A DNA stretch of 64,000 nucleotides from Geosiphon pyriformis uo1 (lineage: Eukaryota > Fungi > Glomeromycota). Position numbers and translations under genes: made by a program. The stretch covers positions 358,912 through 422,911 of the forward strand of contig JAAOMT010000566.1 of the NCBI GenBank assembly GCA_016748015.1. The letters are read 5' to 3'. The notes under the pieces were generated by a model. It ran no database searches, was not told the DNA's origin, and was given only the letters and a program-made list of their open reading frames with translations. Below, piece by piece: positions 40,121 to 50,600 of the stretch (its first letter is position 1; each line of letters begins with the position of its first letter).

Positions 40121-41219
40121 GCATTAAAGTTTACAGCTTTTTGAAGCAAAAGTACATGTGAATATTTTTCAATCAATCATTCTATCAAGCATTAATTTGA
40201 TGGCTTAAAAGAAATCAAATAATTCCCTAATCTAAATTTAGTATTTCTTCATCGACAACCGAAAAGTCGTGGCTGGGATAATCAAAAATATCATCATAGG
40301 TGAAAAATCATTCGTGGCTAATCTGAATCAATTTCTATATTAATAATTTTGAATGATGTGATTTTACTAAATATAGTATATAGATTGTTTGAGGCATTTT
40401 AGTTCTAAATATAAATTGATTGTCCAATATTCTCGATCGCCTTATGATCCCACATAAACGCCACTGGCTAAAACATAATAGGAAACTGAAGAACTGTTTT
40501 ACTTGCAAAACAAAGATAGATATAATTAGTCTAATTTTTACCACAAAAGAAAGTCTCAATAGAGTTTTATTTTCTTTAAGCTTTTCATAGGAAATTATTG
40601 TAAGTAAGATTTCATGTAGGAGCATTATCAAATGCAATATGTTTTAGAAATATTTAAAATATCTATCCATAGATAAAAATATTATTCTATATAACCCTTC
40701 GAATATTTTTTAGTTTAATCTAATAATTGTTTCGCCAAGAAAGAATCAAATAGGCTCAAATCGATCACAGATTATTATCTATGATTTGATCATGTTTAAA
40801 TATATTGATAATTATTAAAAGTGATAGAATAACTCAGTGTTTAATGTTTCACTATCAAAATTTTGAATTAAAGATTCTCAAGTTATTAGTTTAAACAAGT
40901 TAGCTGGCTTATTAACCATCTTTTAAGGGTTCTGTCTATTGTGATGAGTAAAAACGAGCGCAACTTAAAAAAAAATCAATTTTTCAGCTCAAAGTAATTT
41001 CTAAATCATTATAAAGAGTAATAAAAACAGAAATTAATAATTTATTCTCCTTAAATCAAATTATACTCTATGTTCAAAAACTCGGAGGGTTAGAAGATGA
41101 GTGAAATAGCCACGTGATTTAAATTTTTTAGCAAAAATATGATAAATATTTTATTATTTAAAAATCGAGATAATCTGTAAAAATAGATTTCATCAAAAAA
41201 TTATCACATAATTAAAAAT

Positions 41220-42299
41220 CTAAAACGCTAACCACAAAACAACCGAAGCAAATAAAATCCCAGCTAACTTCAAACTTTCATAGATTTTTGAAATCTCAGC
41301 AACAGCAATGGAACTAAAATCGTTACTAGTATTATTGAACAAGGGATTAAATTTTACACCACATTGAGAGGTCAAATTTCCTTCAACTGGAGCCAAAGAT
41401 TGGGAGAATTCATGTCTCAAATTAGGGATGGTAAGAGGAGTCTGGGTATCCCAATCAACCCATATTTGAGTAATATCTTTGTAGTCTTCCCCGCAGAGAA
41501 TATCCTTTGGCACATTAACGACATGTTGAGTTTCATTATTTAATGATTGATAAGTTAGTTGGGCAGTTGGGGGATTGAAATCTTTTTTAAAGTCAGTCAG
41601 AAAACCGTCATGATCCTTGGGGAGATTTGATACGTAAACATTCGCTTGATTTAGTAGCTGGAGAAAGACATACTCTACAAAAAAAAAATAGTTTTGTGAG
41701 GCAAGATAGTCTAGATAGGTAAGTATAAGTAAAAAAAAATTTTATGAAAAAATGAAATAATTATTCTAACAAGTTTTTCTGTTCTTACCGTTATTATCAT
41801 TTTTGAGACAATATGCATTTCTTGTGGGGATTGAAGTATAAAATTCCAATAATATTCCTTTGAGAATTGAGCCAAAATTCTTATCCTTCGCTGACATAAT
41901 ATCTGATTTACAACCATCTTCAAGTTTTTGGACAGAAGTCGCTACGGCGTTCGAATCACAATTCTCTCCACAAAAACTATCAAATTGAGCCTGATAACTT
42001 GGATTAGCATTTGGATTAGGGTTATTTCTGATTCTATTCCTTGATAAGCATTTATTTATAGGATTAGGTGAAACTGAATAAATCGCTTTCTGACAATTGC
42101 TACAACTAGATACACCAAATTGTTTTTCGCATGACTTTGGTTTGTTGGAACCAGAAGTAAAACAAATCTTAAAATTGTCATTATAACAAAGCTCATTACT
42201 TTCGTTGAAATCTGGAGTGGCATCATTTCTTTGAATGAAAGTTGAAAGGGTTAAAAAAAAAAGTGGGATGAATATTTCCGTAATTTTAGTGATTTTCAT
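41220..42299 (-). CDS. Secreted 12-Cys protein with probable GPI-anchor signal, 321 aa. Exons 42299-41789 and 41674-41220
   Basis: Signal peptide MKITKITEIFIPLFFLTLSTFIQRNDA. A phase-1 GT-AG intron gives a continuous frame (...AYCLKNDNN-E-YVFLQLLNQ...VPKDILC...). C-terminus FSSIAVAEISKIYESLKLAGILFASVVLWLAF* has small residues, a spacer and a terminal hydrophobic tail. Confidence 0.85.
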
Positions 42300-43569
42300 G
42301 TTGAAAATTGAATTTTGAAATCAAGTAGTTTTTAAGGTCAGGGAAAAAGTTGAAATAAAAGCTTATTTATGGTCGTAAACTCATTAGAAAATCAAAAACA
42401 AATAGGAAAAAAAATTTCCTCTCATGAAAAGTGGAATTTATATTGATTCCTTTATTCTCCTGAAAAGGAATTTTTTTTGAAACAAGTAAACAATTAAAGA
42501 TTTCAAGTCTCAGCCTCCTTTATGATTCATGACCAAGCTTCATATGTTATTTTTATTTTCATTTTCAATGAGAAATCGTCATTTGGTTTTATTTTCTACT
42601 ACTAGTCAAGGCTTGGGACCATTCAATAAAAAATCTTTGGAAACCTTTGAATGATTCCTTTTGAACGAATCTTGCTTGCCTATTCTCAAAAAAGGATCTA
42701 ACTCATGATAAGGCTGCAAAATAAAGTATTACCACATGAAGATACGATCTATGACGTATCTTACTGAAATAAGATGTTTCATAACACTATAGCTTTGTGA
42801 AATCATAAACAAAACTACCTTTTCATTTGTTTTGATCTAGGACCTAAAGTTTCCATCCCAAAACCTATCTCCATCAAAAGATTTTGGGAAGAAATTCTCA
42901 AGGGATATCCTTTGATTTATTTTTCGTGAGAAAGGCTTGTAAATTTTTAATCTATTTTTAGGTATAATCAAAAGCCTGGTTGAAATTTTACAGCCTTAGT
43001 GAAACTGAGTGTTTTAGCATATCGTATAATTTTACCCTTTTATGTTATCAATACGAAGGACTTTTGCTTAATGTCGAAGAATCAGAATTGATAATAACAA
43101 AGCGCGGCAGATAAATAATTAAACCAAACAAGTTTAATAAGATTCCAACTTTTTTTCGGCTTTTTGCTTAGCAATTTCCCAAAAAAAACTGAAAGTAAAA
43201 ACATATATCTTTATTTTTTGAATAAAGCTTATTTCGACTAATAGCTTTGATTTTTCTTGGGCTTATGTCGCAATTGAAATACAATTCATGTGTTTAAGAT
43301 ATTAGAATACCAAAAGTTTACACCAAAGACTTAATAATCAACACATATGGTAACTCTCGTTATTCCAAAGTTGATTGTTCTTCAGTTTGATAGAATCATT
43401 ATTAAATATGTATCTTTGTTTTATATAACAAAAATTATAAATGTTTGCAAATTTAATATGAAATATAACAGTATAAATGAAATTAAAATACTTTTATTTA
43501 TAATATATGGTTTATTTAACTTTGTGAACGATTTTGAAAAAAAAACAAAGACATTTTTTCCCCAATTAA

Positions 43570-44151
43570 NNNNNNNNNNNNNNNNNNNNNNNNNNNNNNN
43601 NNNNNNNNNNNNNNNNNNNNNNNNNNNNNNNNNNNNNNNNNNNNNNNNNNNNNNNNNNNNNNNNNNNNNNNNNNNNNNNNNNNNNNNNNNNNNNNNNNNN
43701 NNNNNNNNNNNNNNNNNNNNNNNNNNNNNNNNNNNNNNNNNNNNNNNNNNNNNNNNNNNNNNNNNNNNNNNNNNNNNNNNNNNNNNNNNNNNNNNNNNNN
43801 NNNNNNNNNNNNNNNNNNNNNNNNNNNNNNNNNNNNNNNNNNNNNNNNNNNNNNNNNNNNNNNNNNNNNNNNNNNNNNNNNNNNNNNNNNNNNNNNNNNN
43901 NNNNNNNNNNNNNNNNNNNNNNNNNNNNNNNNNNNNNNNNNNNNNNNNNNNNNNNNNNNNNNNNNNNNNNNNNNNNNNNNNNNNNNNNNNNNNNNNNNNN
44001 NNNNNNNNNNNNNNNNNNNNNNNNNNNNNNNNNNNNNNNNNNNNNNNNNNNNNNNNNNNNNNNNNNNNNNNNNNNNNNNNNNNNNNNNNNNNNNNNNNNN
44101 NNNNNNNNNNNNNNNNNNNNNNNNNNNNNNNNNNNNNNNNNNNNNNNNNNN
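43570..44151. other. Assembly gap (N run)
   Basis: Run of n characters. Confidence 1.
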
Positions 44152-44241
44152 AAACATACCAAAGAATTACCGAAAAGGAAAATAGTCATGTTAAATTGAT
44201 TTTGTTTCAGAATCAAAACCATCATGAGAAAGAAAAAATGT

Positions 44242-44248
44242 TATAAAA
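44242..44248 (+). promoter_or_regulatory. Candidate TATA box of repeat precursor copy R
   Basis: TATAAAA 116 nt upstream of ATG 44358; a second TATAAAA at ~44323. Confidence 0.45.
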
Positions 44249-44357
44249 AGAGAAGAGGTTCGCCTGTTCAAAATCTCCTCATCCACACTCTAAAACATCA
44301 AAAAGAGTCTTTTCTATACATTTATAAAAAATCTCCAAAACACCAAGATTAATTAAA

Positions 44358-45428
44358 ATGCCTGCTAAATTTTTTATCACCCAAATTTGCACAGCTATCT
44401 TTCTCTTGTCTTCTCTTTCAGCATCTAATGCTGAACCAAATTTTTTCTCTAGCAAGAGAGCTATTGGTAATCAACAAAATGGCCATTGGTCTCAGGGTAC
44501 TATTAACGGAGGGTTTAACGACAATAGTGGTAGATATGGATATAATTCCAATTCAATCGGTAACCAACAAAATGGTCAGTGGTCCCAGGGTACTATTAAT
44601 GGAGGTTTCAACGCAAAGAGAGCTATTGGTAATCAACAAAATGGCCAGTGGTCCAATGGTTTTATTAACGGAGGGTTCAACGACAATAGTGGTAGAAATG
44701 GATATAATTCCAATTCAATTGGTAACCAACAAAATGGTCAGTGGTCCCAGGGTACTATTAATGGTGGTTTCAACGCAAAGAGAGCTATTGGTAATCAACA
44801 AAATGGCCAGTGGTCCAATGGTGTTATAAACGGAGGGTTCAACGACAATAGTGGTAGATATGGATATAATTCCAATGCAATTGGTAACCAACAAAATGGT
44901 CAAAACTCCGCTGGTACTATTAATGGTGGTTTCAATGCAAAGAGAGCTATTGGTAATCAACAAAATGGCCATTGGTCTCAGGGTACTATTAACGGAGGGT
45001 TCAACGACAATAGTGGTAGAAATGGATATAATTCCAATTCAATTGGTAACCAACAAAATGGTCAGTGGTCCCAGGGTACTATTAATGGTGGTTTCAATGC
45101 AAAGAGAGCTATTGGTAATCAACAAAATGGCCAGTGGTCCAATGGTGTTATAAACGGAGGGTTCAACGACAATAGTGGTAGATATGGATATAATTCCAAT
45201 TCAATCGGTAACCAACAAAATGGTCAAAACTCCGCTGGCACTATTAATGGTGGTTTCAATGCAAAGAGAGCTATTGGTAATCAACAAAATGGCCAGTGGT
45301 CTCAGGGTACTATTAACGGAGGGTTTAACGACAATAGTGGTAGAAATGGATATAATTCCAATGCAATTGGTAACCAACAAAATGGTCAAAACTCTGCTGG
45401 TACTATTAATGGTGGTTTCAATGCTTAA
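44358..45428 (+). CDS. KEX2-type repeat precursor, copy R: signal peptide, short pro-region, six 52-aa G/N/Q/S-rich peptides separated by KR (356 aa, intronless)
   Basis: MPAKFFITQICTAIFLLSSLSASNA-EPNFFSSKR, then 6 x 162-bp units; 34 + 5x54 + 52 = 356 aa. Every unit is preceded by KR; the last ends at the stop exactly where KR would be. AAAATG start context. Confidence 0.96.
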   Translation: MPAKFFITQICTAIFLLSSLSASNAEPNFFSSKRAIGNQQNGHWSQGTINGGFNDNSGRYGYNSNSIGNQQNGQWSQGTINGGFNAKRAIGNQQNGQWSNGFINGGFNDNSGRNGYNSNSIGNQQNGQWSQGTINGGFNAKRAIGNQQNGQWSNGVINGGFNDNSGRYGYNSNAIGNQQNGQNSAGTINGGFNAKRAIGNQQNGHWSQGTINGGFNDNSGRNGYNSNSIGNQQNGQWSQGTINGGFNAKRAIGNQQNGQWSNGVINGGFNDNSGRYGYNSNSIGNQQNGQNSAGTINGGFNAKRAIGNQQNGQWSQGTINGGFNDNSGRNGYNSNAIGNQQNGQNSAGTINGGFNA

Positions 45429-47689
45429 GTAAGAGTAATATTCCAAGGCATCCATTTGATTATCTCGTTGTCAACAACAAAATGTCCTATTTCTGAAAAT
45501 TTAACTTTAAAGAGTCATTAAAATTACAGAGATAAATATACTAGTCTTTCAATCCCTCTTAAAAAGCCACTATATTAGAATTTTCCGATATAAATGTAAA
45601 TAATTTGAATTATCAATCTTAGCATTAGAGCATCTATTTTATTATTATACGAATTCACGTTCATGTTGAAACATACAATCAATTCATAATAAAATGTTTT
45701 AAATCAGTTATCGAAATCATTCAAATTGAATTGCAATAAAGAGAAGATAAACCGCATTAGATCTTTTGTAAAAGCAATTCGTTAAAACTAAGCTTTGTTT
45801 TAACTCTTCAGAATTATCTTGCTGTGAAATCAAAAGGCCAGAATAGTCGATTGTTAATATTGCTTCTATTCAAAGAAACAAAAGATCAACTTTAATAATG
45901 GTGAGTTGTTCAGTCGATTCAGTTGTGTCTTTTCATCCGAATTTCAAAGTCAGCGTGTTTACACAGAAAATCTGGGAGGTATAAGCCAAAAAATTGAATC
46001 TGATTATACAAAGCGGAAACTGTTAACAGAGTGGAAATATCCCTTAAACATTTAGGTGGCATCCTAGCTATACCTTGATAGCATTTAACAAAGATTATCT
46101 TTATTAATCTGAAGTGCTACTCAAATTGACAATTAATTCACACCATGTGTTTGATTTACAACCGCTTAGTTTAATTTATTCTAAATAGCAACCAATTTAA
46201 TGATTAAGTTAATTAAATTAGCAACCAGAATAAAAATTAAGTTAATTAATATTATCTAAAGATAAAATGGATAATTATATAAAATAATGGTTAATATATG
46301 TAATAATCAATTAAAAATAAGATTTTAATTATAATATTATTCATGTTAAAGAAAGTAAACCTTTGCAAAATGAAACTATCTATAAGTAACGTTATCTGTA
46401 ATATGTTTTTAAATTGAAAATAAATAATCTAAAAAAGTCTAAATATATAAATTGTTTTTTTTAAGAATTTTATGTTTTTTATATAACAAGTTTTTATTAA
46501 TAAGTAGACTTTTTAAATGTTTTTCAATATTTTAAAGAACAATAGCATTATTGTTATTATGTATTTATTTATGTTAATTTTTATCAATTATTAAAGCTAT
46601 TATTACAACAAATAATTATTTAGATTATTTTTGATATTTATAATATTTCTTAAGTTTGATTCTATTAATTAATAATTTAAGTAACTAATAATTTTTAAAT
46701 TAAATAATAATTATAAACTTTTGTTTATATAATAGTAAAAAAAATAATCACTTTAAAAAATATTTTAAAAAATTAAAATTAATTAAAGCTTAATAAACTA
46801 ATAACCAAATTTGCCAAATAATTAAAAATATTTTTACAAATTGAAATAATAAACTAACAAATAACAAAGAAAATTTTAATTAAAAGGTAAATGAATGTGT
46901 ATAAATTCAATATATAAAATTAACTTTATAATTATCTTATTTGCTAATTTTTAAAAATAAAAAGATAGTTTGTATTGTTTACAAAAAATAATATAGCTAA
47001 TATAATTTTATGTCTTAATTAATGTTTTTAATGTTTAGTAATTGTTTTATTCAATAATACTTTTTAAAAACTAGCAGATACAATTTAAGAAAAAATTTTG
47101 TAATTTTTTAATCTTATATATTTAGATTGAAAGGTATAAAAAGAATTAAAGTATTAATTCTTAGATTGTTAGATTTAAAGAATAATTATAAAAATAGAAT
47201 AATTAAAATATATAATATCAATAATTAATAAATAGTTGAAATAATTATTGTTAGAAAAAAAAAATTAGAACTGAAATAATATTATTGTTCTTTTTCAAAA
47301 AAAAACTTATAAAATAAAAAATTATTAAAAAATAAACAATATTTGTCTAAAAACATTAGTTAAAACATAAAATTATTGCAGTTGTATTATCTTTGTTAAT
47401 AACTATAAACTATTTTTCAATTTCAAATTTTTTGAAAAATTAGTAACTATAATTTTAACTAATTACATTAATTAAATTACTTATTTATTTAATTTGCTTA
47501 GTTAAAAAATTTTTATTTATTTTATTGTTTTGTAATAATTATTAAAAAATAAATGATTAAAAAACTTAAATTCAAAAACAAAATATTTTACTTAAGATAA
47601 ATAATTATTTTTTTAATAAAAACATTTAAAACATGTTCAATATTTTTCACAATTATATATACAATTATTATTTTTATTTTTATTAATTA

Positions 47690-50600
47690 ATAAGTGCAGC
47701 AACTCCAAGCAAAGCTCACACTATAAACAAAATTCTACAAGTCAAGCATTACTAACTCTATCAACAATTAATCGCCCAAATAGAAAAAGCATGAACATTA
47801 ACCAAAATCAAATTATTATTAACAATCAGATCTGTTTTTTGCATTCAGCTCTTAGCTTGAAATTTGACAACTGAATGTTTATTTTATAGTATACAGTTAA
47901 ATTCCAGACAAAATTTATAATGCATAAATTAGCTTTGATCACATTCTTAAATACTAAAAGTAATTTAGAAATCTAATTTTAAAAACAATTATATAACAAA
48001 TTAAATTGTATAGAAATTTTATAAAATATTTAATAATATAAAAACAAATTAAAATAATTTTATTAAAAATTTTCAAAAATTCAAAAATATTATACAAAAT
48101 TATTATAAATTCTAAATTAATTATCTTAAATTTTACAAAATTTACATAATAAAAAATTACTAAATTAAATCACCAAAAAAGAAAACTTTTTTTTCTATGT
48201 TCTAAATTCTTTAAAGAGTATATTTTTAAAGAAAAAAAGTTTTTGTTTTTTTTTATTATTTTTTTTCAATATTTTCAACTTAATAATTTTTTTGTTATGA
48301 ACTTAAAGACTGTTTTAAGTAATAATATGTTTAAGAAAAAGATGTCCAAAGGAGCTTTTTTTCTCAAAAAAAAAGATCATTCTTAATAATATAAAATACT
48401 TAAGTAATGAAAAAAATATATTATAAATTAGGGTTTGGTCTTAATAATATGTATTTAAATATAGATAATAAATCTAATAATGGTAAAAACAATCATATCA
48501 TAAATAGTATTGATAATAAATTTTTTTTGGACTTAGTTACTGCTATTTCCAAAGCCAAAAAAATGATTATTGATATAAATTGTAGTTTTTTTTTTGGTTC
48601 TCTCAAGTTTAATATAGAAAAAAAAGTTGAACCACTTTTATATTCTCTTAATATTTCTTTGAAAAAAAAATGAATTGATTTTAAAATTGCAAAAACTCTA
48701 GTTAAAATAGTTATTAAAAAATCTTTTGCTTTGAATATTAATTTATTGGCAGTGAAAACAAATCAGCAATAGTTAAAACTTAAACTATTTGGAAAATTTT
48801 TTTAGCAATTAATAATTTTGAAAAAGTCATTATTTTTTTAAAATTTGAAGAAATTATTAGATTTATGTTTACTTCAAAAAAAAGTATAAAGAAGACTGTA
48901 TTATTGGCCAAAAAAAAATTCTTATAAACAATAATTTTAAAAGACAAAAAATGCATTCAGATTAGACTATAGTTATTAAGAAAATTTTTATAAATATGTT
49001 AAAAAAAATGATTATTGTCATAATATTCATGTTTGAATAAATTAAGTCAATCCAATTACAATTAATTAGACTATGACAGAAAACTATAATAAAGTTTGCA
49101 AAATTAGCTTAAGCAGATTAGTTAACAACAAAATGGTTATTTTTAATTAGAAAAAATTCAGTATGTATAACAAAAACTATAGAAAATTACAATATATAAA
49201 TGTTAAGAGATTATTTTAGGTTGTTTTTATTTATCTTGCCTGTAAAAACAATTATTTATAATCTTGGTATTTTATTAAAAAGAGTTAGTAAAAAAACTTG
49301 TATTATCAATTAATTGCTTAATATTGGCAATAGAGTTTGTTGTATTGTGATTGGCTTTAAATCAAAAAAAGAATTGAAGTTAATTTTTTACATAAAACCA
49401 ATTCTTGGAGATGTAAAACTTTTTTAGACAAGATTGAGTTTAGTTTGTTATAAAAAATATGAACATTTTAAACACTTTGTTTTGGAATATAATGTATTAG
49501 ATATATTTACTTCTTAGTTTTCGAGAGTTTATAAAAAATTTGCTTCAGATAATATCTACTTGCAGTTAACAAGATTATATGTTAGAAAAAGTATTTTTAT
49601 ATCTTATTTTGCTGCTTTTAGTAACAAATAATAAGCACAAATAGTCTTATTTGCTGTTTTTTTTAATGCTATTTATCTTAGTTTTGGTTTTGAATCATTT
49701 TTTTTGGTGCTCTACATGTTAATAAAAAATTTTTTGTTGTTTCAATAATGTGTTCATTGATGTTTGTTTGGTCTCTTTGGAATACTTTTTAAAGTTTTTA
49801 ATTAATCAAGTATTTAATATTATGCAAAAACTAAGCAATATAAATTTGGTATTTTTGGTGTCTACTTCTTAAACTTTTTTCTTATTTGTTTTTGTGCCAT
49901 TAAACTTAAAATTGGATTTGGACATAGTCTCAAACAACTCATTAATATTACTTTTTTTTTAGTCACAAAGGATAAGTTTTCAAATTTGAATTTGAGTAGC
50001 TTAAAGCTTTTAATTACCAAAATTGGTGGCTTAAAATTGAAGATGATTGCTTTTAAGATTTTTGTTAATTTAGTTTTGAAAAAATTGAATCAGTTGTGTT
50101 TTGGCTTAGGTTTTTTATTGCTTTTTTTATCTCAATAACTAATTTAATATGAAAATTTGCTATATGTAATATTTAAAATATTAATATTTCTACTAAGTAA
50201 AAAGATGTTATTTGTTAATATATAGATTTAAATAATATGGTTTTTATTATTATAGAAACAAAATTAAGATCTGGTATTAGACTGTAGATTGTGAATAAGT
50301 TTGATAAAATAAAAATTTTTATATTTGGTTTGAACAAAAGTTTTTTTAATACTGAAATAGTGATTATTATAAATAATTCTTTGGCTTAATATATATTAAA
50401 AGTGAAAAAAATTCTTAATTAAGTCATTTTAGTATAATTTTTGTTTAAGAGTAAATTTTTAATTATAATTTTGGGTTTGTATACTAGTGTTTTTGCTAAA
50501 ACTAGATTTGATTAAGCATTAAAAGTCAATTTTTCATTGCTAAAACAATTAATTATAGCATTTTTGTAATATTAGATAGAGATTTTAATAAGAATAATTT

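Larger units (their letters stand above)
43442..46187 (+). repeat. Right arm of the ~2.8-kb inverted duplication; contains N-gap 43570-44151
   Basis: Reverse-complement match to 36479-39300 at both ends and across the CDS. Confidence 0.95.

Noticed and set aside
37888-44246. Long X-containing ORFs in the track
   Set aside because: Artefacts of translating through the two N-gaps.
44460-45425. Alpha-factor-like pheromone or ice-binding protein reading of the repeats
   Set aside because: Units are much longer than such pheromones and lack X-A/X-P dipeptide spacers; there are no regular TxT arrays.
37262-45428. CRISPR-like array
   Set aside because: The repeats are contiguous protein-coding 162-bp units with no unique spacers, in a eukaryotic context with no cas genes.
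44428-45455. Alternative-frame and antisense ORFs over the repeat genes (also 37235-37489 and 37536-37739)
   Set aside because: These are shadows of the low-complexity repeat frame, broken by stops and lacking signal peptides or KR logic.
36479-46187. Dikaritin/ustiloxin-type RiPP cluster around the KR-repeat precursors
   Set aside because: No DUF3328/UstYa (HxxHC), tyrosinase, methyltransferase or transporter gene is visible in the window, and the 52-aa units lack the short core plus acidic spacer layout. Enzymes acting in trans cannot be excluded.
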